Shown here: piece by piece, positions 9,622 through 19,501 of the stretch
How positions within the stretch are numbered: position 1 is the stretch's first letter
Layout: every line of letters begins with the position of its first letter
IMG/VR virus record: IMGVR_UViG_3300037041_002703
Span: 1-58,688 of that record
DNA: 58,688 bases
Source of the DNA: a virus
Lineage: Duplodnaviria > Caudoviricetes
Direction: 5' to 3' (one strand)
Notes under the pieces: model-generated
The model's database searches: none
What the model was told of the DNA's origin: nothing
The model's input: only the letters and a program-made list of their open reading frames with translations
Position numbers and translations under genes: made by a program

Positions 9622-10367
9622 AAATGAAACAACACGAAAGAATATCTGAATGGGTAAAATCTTATGCTGAAAAAAATAAAATAAAATCATTGGTTGTTGG
9701 AGTTTCGGGGGGTATAGATTCTGCTGTTGTTTCCACCTTATGCGCTATGACAGGTTTACCCACGCATTGCGTTCTAATGCCAATTCATCAAAATCCTGAA
9801 CACACCAAAAGGGGTTCGAACCATATTAATTGGTTACAAACTAAATTTGAAAGGGTTGATTCACATGAGTTCAATTTATCGGAAGTTTATGATATCTTTG
9901 TTGATACTATGTCTTACGCAAAAAGTGAATTAGGGTTTGCAAATTCTCGTTCAAGATTAAGAATGACTGCATTATATCAACTAGCTTCGAGTACTAATGG
10001 TATTGTTGTGGGTACCGGAAATAAAATCGAGGATTTTGGTGTTGGTTTTTTTACCAAGTATGGAGATGGTGGTGTAGATATTTCACCAATAGCAGATTTC
10101 ACAAAAACTGAAGTATACGAAATCGCTAAACATTTAGGTATAAATCAAGAAATTATTGATGCAACACCAACAGATGGTTTATGGGGCGATGATAGAAATG
10201 ACGAAAGCCAAATTGGGGCGACTTACCCTGAGTTAGAATGGGCTATGGAATTTAAAAACAATAGAAATATTACGGAAAGAGAACAAGAAGTTTTATCAAT
10301 TTACAAAAAATTAAATTCTCAAAATAAACATAAAATGTTACCAATACCCATTTATAAAAAATCATGA
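9618..10367 (+). CDS. nadE: NH3-dependent NAD+ synthetase
   Basis: VSGGIDSAV PP-loop, NSRSRLRM, GTGNKIE, FFTKYGDGGVD, PTDGLW, DESQIG. Confidence 0.93.
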   Translation: MKMKQHERISEWVKSYAEKNKIKSLVVGVSGGIDSAVVSTLCAMTGLPTHCVLMPIHQNPEHTKRGSNHINWLQTKFERVDSHEFNLSEVYDIFVDTMSYAKSELGFANSRSRLRMTALYQLASSTNGIVVGTGNKIEDFGVGFFTKYGDGGVDISPIADFTKTEVYEIAKHLGINQEIIDATPTDGLWGDDRNDESQIGATYPELEWAMEFKNNRNITEREQEVLSIYKKLNSQNKHKMLPIPIYKKS

Positions 10368-11533
10368 AAATAGGTGTAATAGGCGCTGGAAGACTAGGAA
10401 TTACGTTTGCATTATTGTGTGAAAAAGCGGGTTATGATGTTATTGTTTCAGATATTAGACAGGAATACATAGAAAAACTCAATAATAAGACTATTGATAC
10501 AGCTGAGCCAGAAGTCTTATTGATGCTACAAAAATCCAAAAATTTAAAAGCAACTCAAAAAAACAGTGAAGTAATTTCAGAGTCAGATGTGATTTATACT
10601 TTTGTACAAACACCATCTCTCCCATCTGGAGAATATGACATTACTTATCTAATGGAAGTAGTCGAAGATTTTGAAAAATTTGAAAACCATCAACAAGAAA
10701 TTCAAAACAAACTTTTTGTGATTGGTTGTACAACAAATCCAGGAGATACAAAAACAATTGAAGAAAAATTAGAACCTCTTAGTGTGATTGTTGCCTACAA
10801 CCCAGAATTTATTGCTCAGGGAGAAATAGTTAAAGGTCTTGAATATGCAGATTTAGTTCTTGTTGGAACTGAAAACTTAGAAACAATAAATATTTTAAAA
10901 CAAATATACGAAAAAATTCAAAAAACAGATGTTAAAATGTGTCCAATGTCTCCCACAGCTGCTGAAATTACAAAAATAGGTATTAATTGTTTTTTGACAA
11001 CAAAAATAAGTTATGCCAATATGATTGGTGAAATTTTAGTATCCTCAAAATTACATAATGAAGTTGATAAAGTTTTGGACACAATTGGTAAAGATAGTAG
11101 AATTGGACATAAATATTTGAACTATGGTTTCGGTTTTGGAGGACCCTGCTTACCAAGAGATAATCGAGCTTTGGGCAATTATGCAAAAAAAGTGGGTCTT
11201 GAAACAAATCTTCCTTATACAATCGATAATTTCAATTTAGAACATTCAAATTTTTTAAAAAGTTATTTCATAGGTCAAAACCCAAACAAAGAAATACCTT
11301 TTGTTTTCAACTACATTTCTTACAAAAAAGGGACAGATATGTTAGTAGAGTCCCAACAACTAAAATTAGCAAAAGATTTACTAGATGAGGGATATTCTGT
11401 CAACATTATTGAAGAAGATTCCATTTTAAACAATTCACAATTTATTAATGAAATTGAATCTGACTATCCTAATCAAGTTAAATTTTATAAATTAGGTTCA
11501 AATCCGAAGGGATTTAAAATAAATATGAATTAA
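10364..11533 (+). CDS. UDP-glucose/GDP-mannose 6-dehydrogenase family protein
   Basis: GAGRLG Rossmann motif, VQTP, NPEF, AEITK...N, GFGGPCLPRD catalytic Cys. Confidence 0.9.
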   Translation: MKIGVIGAGRLGITFALLCEKAGYDVIVSDIRQEYIEKLNNKTIDTAEPEVLLMLQKSKNLKATQKNSEVISESDVIYTFVQTPSLPSGEYDITYLMEVVEDFEKFENHQQEIQNKLFVIGCTTNPGDTKTIEEKLEPLSVIVAYNPEFIAQGEIVKGLEYADLVLVGTENLETINILKQIYEKIQKTDVKMCPMSPTAAEITKIGINCFLTTKISYANMIGEILVSSKLHNEVDKVLDTIGKDSRIGHKYLNYGFGFGGPCLPRDNRALGNYAKKVGLETNLPYTIDNFNLEHSNFLKSYFIGQNPNKEIPFVFNYISYKKGTDMLVESQQLKLAKDLLDEGYSVNIIEEDSILNNSQFINEIESDYPNQVKFYKLGSNPKGFKINMN

Positions 11534-11538
11534 AAATT

Positions 11539-12363
11539 ATGAATACAAACAATATTTTTGGAACTTGTTATTTCATGGGCGGTCTAGGTAATCAAATGTT
11601 TCAAGCCGCACACGCATTATCGCAAGGATGGAAAAAAGGGGTTGAAACAAAATTTAAAGCAGTATCTTGGACACCAATGCAAGGTAGACAAACTGACAAC
11701 TATCGTAACAATATTTTTAGAAATTTAAATTTTGTTGAAGATTTTGGTCATGTTGGAAGAGTAAGCGAAGGTCCGTGGGAATACACTGAGTTAAATCCTC
11801 AGTGGGACCAACCCCAAGAATTTTATGGTTATTTTCAAAGTAGTAAAAATTTTTTAGGTTACGATAAAGAAATACAAAAAACATTCGAACCTACTGAGGA
11901 GTTTACTGACCGAATGATAAACAGGTATCCAGAACTTACTCAAGAAAACACATTATCTGTTCATATAAGACGTGGAGATTGTTTTATGAATCCGGACATA
12001 CACCCAATGGTCACGAAAGAATATGTTGAAAGAGCCCTTGAGTTGATACCAGAATATTCAAACATTTTTATTTTTTCCGATGACAAAATTTGGATAAAAG
12101 AAAATTTTAATTTACCAAACATTATAATTGTTGATGAGTTGGAGGATTACGAAGAAATGTGGTTGATGTCTCTTTGTAAAAATCACATAATATCAAACTC
12201 AACATTTTCTTGGTGGGGAACTTTCTTAAACAAAAAAGAAAATAAAAAAATTATTGCTCCTTCAATATGGTTTGGGCCAAGAGGTCCTCAAAATTTTAAA
12301 GATATTTACGAACCTTACTGGACCGTATTAGAGGTTACATATAAAGATGGTTGGTTATATTAA
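11539..12363 (+). CDS. GT11 alpha-1,2-fucosyltransferase-like
   Basis: GGLGNQMFQ, GYFQS, VHIRRGD, ISNSTFSWWG. Confidence 0.9.
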   Translation: MNTNNIFGTCYFMGGLGNQMFQAAHALSQGWKKGVETKFKAVSWTPMQGRQTDNYRNNIFRNLNFVEDFGHVGRVSEGPWEYTELNPQWDQPQEFYGYFQSSKNFLGYDKEIQKTFEPTEEFTDRMINRYPELTQENTLSVHIRRGDCFMNPDIHPMVTKEYVERALELIPEYSNIFIFSDDKIWIKENFNLPNIIIVDELEDYEEMWLMSLCKNHIISNSTFSWWGTFLNKKENKKIIAPSIWFGPRGPQNFKDIYEPYWTVLEVTYKDGWLY

Positions 12364-12367
12364 AGAT

Positions 12368-13177
12368 ATGGTTAAAATTAACATGTTATCAAGAAATTTT
12401 GCTCATGACAAAGGGTCAACAGCAAACAAAGCCCCCAAAAATATTGAGTGGGCATTCAATTCTTATGAAAATCCAATATCAGTATATTTGGATAATGACG
12501 CTATGCAAGGGGTACAAGATAAATCAAATGGCAAACTAAGTTTTTTGTGGCTAATAGAATCAAAAAAATTTGATGGAGGTGCAAGTGAGACGATAAAAAA
12601 TAATTTAGAAACTATCTTGGACACTTATGAACAAATTTGGACGCACAATGATGAGTTGTTAGCTTTAAACTCAAAATTTAAATGGGCACCAGCATATGGT
12701 AGTTACATTACCGATTTTGGTGTTCACCCAAAAAACAAACTTGCATCGATGATTGTGTCTAACAAACGTTGGACACGTCAACATGAAATTCGTCATGATT
12801 TTGCTATGGCAAACAAAACCAAGATTGATGTTTATGGTAGAGGCACTCATGAGATTGCAAAGAAAGAAGAGGGACTTAAAGATTATATGTTTTCATTTGC
12901 GGCAGAAAACGACACCTATGATACCTATTTTACTGAAAAGATTTTAGATTGTTTTGCTACTGGAACGATTCCTATCTACATGGGAACAAAAAAAATTGTT
13001 GAATATTTCAATCCAGAAGGTATTTTATTTTTTGATGGTACTTATGATTTGGACACTTTGACGCCTGACCTATATTACTCCAAAATGGATGCAATAAAAG
13101 ACAATTATGAAAGAGTTCAAAAATATAGTATTTTGGATGATTGGTTATATGAAAATTATTTGATTCATTATGTCTAA
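12368..13177 (+). CDS. GT10 alpha-1,3-fucosyltransferase-like
   Basis: YMFSFAAEN...YFTEKILDCFATGTIPIYMG is the GT10 donor-binding motif. The start is either 12347 or 12368. Confidence 0.8.
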   Translation: MVKINMLSRNFAHDKGSTANKAPKNIEWAFNSYENPISVYLDNDAMQGVQDKSNGKLSFLWLIESKKFDGGASETIKNNLETILDTYEQIWTHNDELLALNSKFKWAPAYGSYITDFGVHPKNKLASMIVSNKRWTRQHEIRHDFAMANKTKIDVYGRGTHEIAKKEEGLKDYMFSFAAENDTYDTYFTEKILDCFATGTIPIYMGTKKIVEYFNPEGILFFDGTYDLDTLTPDLYYSKMDAIKDNYERVQKYSILDDWLYENYLIHYV

Positions 13178-13877
13178 AATTTGTTTGATACAACAGCCAG
13201 CTGGGATAGGAGATATTTTTTTTATACAAAAGATTGCTAACCACTTCATAAACAAAGATTATGATGTGTGGATTCCAGTAATACCGCAATTTGAATATAT
13301 CAAAGATTATATTAAAATACCGAGGCTTCATTTAATTTCAGAACTTGAAGATTTCCCCTATAAAAATCTATATGGCACTGGAAGTTCAGTCCCAGTGAAA
13401 TTTGATAATGAAGATGTTTTTCTTCCAATTCAAAATTTTGATAGAAATTTCCCTGGAATGTCAGTCATGATTGCAAAATACAAAATGTTAGGTATAGACC
13501 ATTCTGATTGGGTAAACTTTTTTGATTTTGAAAGAGATTTGGAAAGAGAAGAAAAATTGTTCCAATTTAAAAATCCCGAAAACAAAGAATACATTTTTGT
13601 AAATCGAAATTTTGGCTCCCCTCCAGATTCAAAATCATGTCCTCACATGGGTGATTATAACAACTCTATTGAAATGGAATATTTAGGTTGGGATAACTTA
13701 TTCGATTGGATTGGATTGGCCCTTAAAGCTAAAGAAATTCATACTGTTGAGACTTCTCTTTTGTATATTCTATACAAATTAGGTGTTGAAAATGTTACCG
13801 TCTATTCAAGACATAATCCACCTTCTTTTGCCCAAGTAGAAGGATTTTTTAACAAAAATTGGGTATACAAATTATGA
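13170..13877 (+). CDS. Putative glycosyltransferase-like protein
   Basis: AGIGDIFF N-terminus, AKEIHTVETS, and position inside the glycan cluster. Confidence 0.5.
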   Translation: MSKICLIQQPAGIGDIFFIQKIANHFINKDYDVWIPVIPQFEYIKDYIKIPRLHLISELEDFPYKNLYGTGSSVPVKFDNEDVFLPIQNFDRNFPGMSVMIAKYKMLGIDHSDWVNFFDFERDLEREEKLFQFKNPENKEYIFVNRNFGSPPDSKSCPHMGDYNNSIEMEYLGWDNLFDWIGLALKAKEIHTVETSLLYILYKLGVENVTVYSRHNPPSFAQVEGFFNKNWVYKL

Positions 13878-14524
13878 ATACAAATTTAAAAAACCAACTG
13901 AAAAATTATTTTGAAAATGAAAGCCTGAGTTATGAAACTGGATATCCTGAAAGGGACGTTAATTGGATGCAATCAAATTTAATTCCAAAAATTGAGAATA
14001 TTATTAATACAAGCGTGCATAAAAATTGTTTGGACGTCGGTTGTGCTTTTGGATATTTTACAAAAATATTAAATAACACTTTTGAAAATTGCTATGGAAT
14101 AGACTTGTCCGAAAACAGAATTAATTATGCAAAGCAATATGAAACAAACACTTTGAAGTTTGTGCAAGCAGATTTAACTGAAAGTTTCAAAGATAAATTT
14201 GACATCAAATTTGATTTCATGTTTACTAACGCGGTATTACCACACATACCATTAGAATTCAAAGCATCTGTTTTCAAAAACTTAGCGGAAATCGCAAAAC
14301 CGGGATGCTTACTTGTTATGTATGACGGAATGTTGAATGATGATAATACTCATAAACATGATAACAAACAACAAGCGAATTTTGATGGTTGGAATAATTC
14401 AGAACTTATCAGAGTTGTTTTTATAAGTGAAAAATGGTTAAAAGAAAATGCTGAGGATTGGGAAATAATTAGCATTACAAATGTTGGTTTTGCAACGGAA
14501 GAAATAATATTAAAAAGAAAATAA
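13874..14524 (+). CDS. Class I SAM-dependent methyltransferase
   Basis: CLDVGCAFG, YGIDLS, FDFMFTNAVLPHI, KPGC. Confidence 0.88.
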   Translation: MNTNLKNQLKNYFENESLSYETGYPERDVNWMQSNLIPKIENIINTSVHKNCLDVGCAFGYFTKILNNTFENCYGIDLSENRINYAKQYETNTLKFVQADLTESFKDKFDIKFDFMFTNAVLPHIPLEFKASVFKNLAEIAKPGCLLVMYDGMLNDDNTHKHDNKQQANFDGWNNSELIRVVFISEKWLKENAEDWEIISITNVGFATEEIILKRK

Positions 14525-14526
14525 TT

Positions 14527-15183
14527 ATGAGTCTATTTGGTGCATTTTGGGACAAAGACCCAAATCCTGTTGGCGAAGAACAATTTGGTAATAATAAAGG
14601 ATTATTTTACAATTTAAATTGGTACCCAAAAGGGGTTTTGCACATTGGGGCTTGGGATGCTTGGGAAGCAAAGCAATATGCTAATTATTGCGGAAATAAT
14701 TCTGTGTTTATAGAAGCAAATCCACAATCGTTCGAAAGATTTAGAAATGAAATCGAGCAATTTGGACAAAAGATTTATAATTTTGCTGCTTGGAATATTG
14801 ATGATATAGAAATGAATTTATATTGTCCTAGTGGTAATGAAGATTCAAGTTCTTTGCTAGAACAAAAAGGGTATGTTCTTAAAACAAAAACAATTACTAT
14901 CAAAACTCTTTTTGAAAGAGAAGCTCTACAATTCGAAAATTTTGATTTACTTAACATTGACACTGAAGGTGCTGAATTACAAGTACTCGAAGGAATCGGT
15001 GATAACATTAAAAATTTTACATACATAATCATCGAAGTCAGTGATATTGGAAGTGAATTCGATAAAAACGTGAACCAATATATTATTGAAAAAGGTTTTG
15101 AATTTATTCGTGATAGTACACATCACAGAAGTAGCATAAACGAAAAAATATTTTGCGACAAACTTTATAAAAAAATTGCATGA
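14527..15183 (+). CDS. FkbM-family methyltransferase
   Basis: LHIGAW, FIEANP, LLNIDTEGAELQVLEG. Confidence 0.88.
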   Translation: MSLFGAFWDKDPNPVGEEQFGNNKGLFYNLNWYPKGVLHIGAWDAWEAKQYANYCGNNSVFIEANPQSFERFRNEIEQFGQKIYNFAAWNIDDIEMNLYCPSGNEDSSSLLEQKGYVLKTKTITIKTLFEREALQFENFDLLNIDTEGAELQVLEGIGDNIKNFTYIIIEVSDIGSEFDKNVNQYIIEKGFEFIRDSTHHRSSINEKIFCDKLYKKIA

Positions 15184-16010
15184 AAAGTTCTATTGTTGTT
15201 TTAGCAAAAAATGATAATTACGGAAATAATTTAACCCATCGGGCAAAGATGTCTATCAACTCTATGGTTGAAAACTTTGATGAGGTTATTGTTGTAGATT
15301 GGAAAACAAGAAACAGAAACACCTTGTTATCAACGATAATTGACGATGTACCTCACCTGGGTAAAATAAAAAGTATTGAGGTAAGTAACAAACTTCTCAG
15401 AGAAAAATACCCCAACTTGTATCAATGGAATATTTTAGAGGCTATTGGACGGAACATTGGTATCAGAAGAGCAACAGGAGATTGGGTAGCATCCTCAAAT
15501 ATTGATATTGTAACAACCCCATTAGATATATCGCAGCTTAATATTTCAGAATTTTACACAACATCAAGAAAAGATATTGAAGAAAATTTCCATTTAGGGC
15601 AAATGGATTATGAGGTTTTAAAAAATCACCTTTGGGAAAATCAAAATAATTACTCGGGTAAACCACAAATTGATAGTCCAACCGACAAATGGTCTTTGGT
15701 TGTTTGCTGTGGAGATTTTCAAATAGGATACAGAGACATTTGGCACAAAATCAAAGGATTTGAAGAATCTGTTTTGTATGGATGTGGTATTGACACTAAT
15801 ATAATGAAGAAAGCATCCAGTTATGCGCAACTTAAAATTCTACCCTACAATGTTTTTCATTTAAATCATGGAAAAGTGGGAGAAAGATTCGATGGGGAAG
15901 TTACACCCCCCATGTCAAATCAACATACTATAATCCAAGATTTTGACCAGACAACAAACAGTGAAAACTGGGGCTTGGCTGACGAAGAATTAATAATTGA
16001 AACTATATGA
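15180..16010 (+). CDS. Putative GT-A fold glycosyltransferase
   Basis: NDNYG, EVIVVDW, RNIGIRRATGDWV..SNID, GFEES, FHLNH. Confidence 0.65.
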   Translation: MKSSIVVLAKNDNYGNNLTHRAKMSINSMVENFDEVIVVDWKTRNRNTLLSTIIDDVPHLGKIKSIEVSNKLLREKYPNLYQWNILEAIGRNIGIRRATGDWVASSNIDIVTTPLDISQLNISEFYTTSRKDIEENFHLGQMDYEVLKNHLWENQNNYSGKPQIDSPTDKWSLVVCCGDFQIGYRDIWHKIKGFEESVLYGCGIDTNIMKKASSYAQLKILPYNVFHLNHGKVGERFDGEVTPPMSNQHTIIQDFDQTTNSENWGLADEELIIETI

Positions 16011-16642
16011 AAATAATAATTGTCGGTGGAAATGCCGGAGCTAAAATTGCTGCAGAAATCTTTGCGATGAATTTTCCTCATTGTGAGATTTTTTATGCGG
16101 AAACTTACTTAGAACAAGAAAAAGTAAATCAACTGGTTGATGATTATAAAAAAGTCCCGGAACTCCTTAGAGAGGGTAGTTACGAATATTTCATCGCAAC
16201 TGGTGATAATTTCCAAAGAGCAGAGATTTACAAATACATCTGGACTAATACGGTGATAGAACCTTTGAATTGCATTCATGCATCAGCAATAATCTCTTCT
16301 TCTGCTAAAATAGGTTATGGCAATTTGGTTTGCCCAACAGCTGTAATTCACACCGATGCCGAGATTGAGAACTGCACCATTATCAACACTGGGGCGATAA
16401 TCGAACACGATTGTAAGGTTAAAAACTTTGCTCAGGTTTCACCCAATGCAACCCTATGTGGTAGGGTAGGCATCGGGGAATATTGTTTTATAGGTGCTGG
16501 CTCAACTATAATCCCCAACAAGCAAGTAAGTAATAAATCTGTTGTCGCTGCTGGAAGTGTAGTCATTGAGTACATCCCACAGAATGTAATGGTTGCAGGT
16601 ACCCCCGCAAAAATCAAAAAGAAAGATTATTATGCAATTTAA
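16007..16642 (+). CDS. NeuD/PglD-family sugar acetyltransferase (left-handed beta-helix)
   Basis: IATGDN..R, IINTGAIIEHDC, hexapeptide repeats, VAGTPAK. Confidence 0.9.
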   Translation: MKIIIVGGNAGAKIAAEIFAMNFPHCEIFYAETYLEQEKVNQLVDDYKKVPELLREGSYEYFIATGDNFQRAEIYKYIWTNTVIEPLNCIHASAIISSSAKIGYGNLVCPTAVIHTDAEIENCTIINTGAIIEHDCKVKNFAQVSPNATLCGRVGIGEYCFIGAGSTIIPNKQVSNKSVVAAGSVVIEYIPQNVMVAGTPAKIKKKDYYAI

Positions 16643-17762
16643 TATACCCATTTTCCGATTAAAGTTTTCTCTTGGGTTCAAATTAAAGTTCCTTCGTGGA
16701 GCTTGGGACATCCTTTCCTCTGATAGACCTCTTGGTGAATCCAAATACGTAAAAGAGTTTGAAACAAAGTTTGCGAATCTTGTCGGAAGCAAATATGCTG
16801 TTGCCTGCAGCAACGGAACCACGGCAATTGAGCTGGCCCTTAAAACAATAGATGTTGCAGGAAAAAAAGTCCTATGTCCCAGCAATACATTTTTCGCAAC
16901 AACTGTTGCAATAAATAATGCAGGTGCCGAGGTAGTATTAGCTGATTGCGAAAAAGAAACTTTTTCCATTTCTTATAACCACCTTAAAAAAATTATCTCT
17001 GAGGACAAAATCGCAGCAGTGGTGATTGTTCATATTGGTGGTATAATCTCTAAAGACATCGCCAAGATTGTTAGCCTTTGCAAGAAACACAACATCCCCC
17101 TTATTGAAGATGCGGCTCACGCACAAGGTTCACAAACCTTGAATTTTACAGCCGGAACAATAGGTGATATTGCATGTTTCTCATTTTTCCCCACAAAAGT
17201 TATGACAACTGGAGAGGGTGGAATGGTTACCACAAATAACAAAGAATACTTCGAAAAAATCAAATCCCTAAAAAACTTTGGTAGAGATAATCAAAACGCT
17301 GGGATTATTATAAATTCCCAGGGTAACAACTTCAAAGTTCATGAGTTTACCGGACTAATGGGTTCCTTGGAATGCGATAGAGTTCTAGGTAGGGTAGCTA
17401 AAAGAACCTCTTTGCTGGATAGATATATGCAAAACCTGGAAGGGACAAGTTTCAAAGTAATTAACCAAAAAGAGGGTAGATGTTCCTACTACAAATGTAT
17501 TCTACTTTCTCCCTATAATACTGATGACCTTAAACAATACTGCAAGGACCATTCAATTTCTTTAACTGGGGAAGTGTACAAAATACCCGTGCACAAACAA
17601 CCCCTATATGCAGATAGTTTTGATGCTACACAACTAAAAAACACTAACTATATTGCAAATAAACACATTTGCCCCCCACTTTATCCGGAGCTATCCCTTA
17701 AAGAGGTGGATTACATCTGTGAGGTTTTGAAAAAATTTGATGATGAAAAACAGAGTCGCTAA
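16632..17762 (+). CDS. DegT/DnrJ/EryC1/StrS PLP-dependent sugar aminotransferase
   Basis: SNGTTA, IEDAAHA, FSFFPTKVMTTGEGG with the PLP lysine. Confidence 0.92.
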   Translation: MQFNIPIFRLKFSLGFKLKFLRGAWDILSSDRPLGESKYVKEFETKFANLVGSKYAVACSNGTTAIELALKTIDVAGKKVLCPSNTFFATTVAINNAGAEVVLADCEKETFSISYNHLKKIISEDKIAAVVIVHIGGIISKDIAKIVSLCKKHNIPLIEDAAHAQGSQTLNFTAGTIGDIACFSFFPTKVMTTGEGGMVTTNNKEYFEKIKSLKNFGRDNQNAGIIINSQGNNFKVHEFTGLMGSLECDRVLGRVAKRTSLLDRYMQNLEGTSFKVINQKEGRCSYYKCILLSPYNTDDLKQYCKDHSISLTGEVYKIPVHKQPLYADSFDATQLKNTNYIANKHICPPLYPELSLKEVDYICEVLKKFDDEKQSR

Positions 17763-18774
17763 GCTGGTAGAAATTCAAAAAATAGAAATATTTGAGGAAG
17801 ACCTACCCAAATTACAACCGGGACAAATTTTAGTTGCAATGAAATCGGTGGGTATCTGTGGTTCAGATATGCACTACTTTAAAGAGGGGGGTCTTGGTTC
17901 ATTTAAGAACCCACTGCCCATGTACATGGGTCATGAACCAGCAGGACAGGTTATTGATGCAAACGGCTCAGTCAAATTCAAGGATGGTGACCGAGTAGCA
18001 GTAGAACCAGGTATGCCTTGTATTACGAGTTACTGGTCACTTAAAGGTAAACACAACCTATGTGATAAAGGAACTTTTATGGGTGCAAATGCTCAAGGAG
18101 CGTTTGCTGATTATGTAATTGTTGATGAATTACAACTTGTAAAAATTCCGGAATCAATGTCTTATGATTTGGCATCTCTTATGGAACCTTTAGGCGTTTG
18201 TCTTCATACAGCAAATTTAATTGAACCAAAATTTACTGAAAGTGCCACAATATTTGGTGCCGGACCAATCGGTTTATCTATGTTTTCGATACTAAAAAAG
18301 ATGGGTTTGAAAAACATATTTATGGTGGATAAACTCAAATATCGAGTTGAGTTTGCCAAAAGTTTCGGTGCAACAGATGCTTTTTTGCTTAGTGATGATT
18401 GGATAAAAAAAATTAAGAATCAAACAGAAAACTTGGGAACAACTCTAGCAATTGACACTGGTGGAACAACAGATTCAATCGATGGTTGTATTAACGTTGC
18501 TGCTGTAAATGGTCGGGTTGCTTTAATTGGTATTCCAGAAGCTGATTGGGTCAGTTATAATCCGCATCGTATGAGAACTAAAGAACTAACAATTAAAAAT
18601 GTTAGAAGGTCAAATCAAACTTTAGACGATTGTATTATGAATTACACAAACGACCAGGATATGGAAAAGATAATCACGCACAGATATGAGTTTGAAAATA
18701 TCCAAAAAGCATTTGAACTCGTAGCTCAATATGGAGATAATGTTTTAAAAGCAATCATAACCAATCATGAGTAA
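17737..18774 (+). CDS. Zn-dependent medium-chain polyol/sugar dehydrogenase (sorbitol dehydrogenase-like)
   Basis: GICGSD, GHE, GDRV.VEP, GAGPIG. Confidence 0.88.
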   Translation: MMMKNRVAKLVEIQKIEIFEEDLPKLQPGQILVAMKSVGICGSDMHYFKEGGLGSFKNPLPMYMGHEPAGQVIDANGSVKFKDGDRVAVEPGMPCITSYWSLKGKHNLCDKGTFMGANAQGAFADYVIVDELQLVKIPESMSYDLASLMEPLGVCLHTANLIEPKFTESATIFGAGPIGLSMFSILKKMGLKNIFMVDKLKYRVEFAKSFGATDAFLLSDDWIKKIKNQTENLGTTLAIDTGGTTDSIDGCINVAAVNGRVALIGIPEADWVSYNPHRMRTKELTIKNVRRSNQTLDDCIMNYTNDQDMEKIITHRYEFENIQKAFELVAQYGDNVLKAIITNHE

Positions 18775-19501
18775 GATTCAAATCATCGATGGTTACAAAT
18801 ACCGGACACTAGAGAGAAGTCAGGAAATCTTCAACACCATAAAATGGAATTCAAAAATCTTTGATAAGATTTTTATAATTTGTGAAAACCAAGAGTATTA
18901 CGAACACTATAGCTTTTTGCAAGATGACGTTGTTAGGGTTATTAATACGGGTAAGAATGAGTTTTTGTCCATGCAAGAAATGTTTGATTTCGTCAACAAA
19001 AATTCACTTCCAGAGGATATAAAGTTTCTAACAAACCTCGACTCAATTTTTACTGACCAGTTTCATTCGTTGGAGGTGGAGGAAGATTACGTTTATTCCT
19101 TCACAAATCGTTCTATGCGCAATCCGAACGTAAATGAAGGTCGTGACCACCACTCTTATGTAAGAGCTGAAAATGATGGATTAGTTCTTTTCAATAGAGA
19201 CGGTATCGTAGACCCAAATTGGTTTATGCGAGATGAAGAAATATCTTATAGATACTGGCAAAATGCCGTTTGTGGATGGGCTTGGAAAACAGTTAAATCC
19301 TTAAGCTTTGAAAAAAGTTGTTTCCAATGTTATCCACAAGCAGAACAATGTATGATGCATACATTTCGAAATAGCGGCTACAAACTAAAATCCGCAGCAA
19401 TAAAATTTCCAACGTACCATAACCACGGGTCAAATGAAAAAACCGCAAATAATATCCATGGAGGTATGGGTTTTGGGGGTCAAATAGAAGAATTATTATG
19501 A
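18767..19501 (+). CDS. Hypothetical protein, possibly GT-A-like
   Basis: LTNLDSIF, C-terminal YHNH, cluster context. Confidence 0.5.
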   Translation: MSKIQIIDGYKYRTLERSQEIFNTIKWNSKIFDKIFIICENQEYYEHYSFLQDDVVRVINTGKNEFLSMQEMFDFVNKNSLPEDIKFLTNLDSIFTDQFHSLEVEEDYVYSFTNRSMRNPNVNEGRDHHSYVRAENDGLVLFNRDGIVDPNWFMRDEEISYRYWQNAVCGWAWKTVKSLSFEKSCFQCYPQAEQCMMHTFRNSGYKLKSAAIKFPTYHNHGSNEKTANNIHGGMGFGGQIEELL

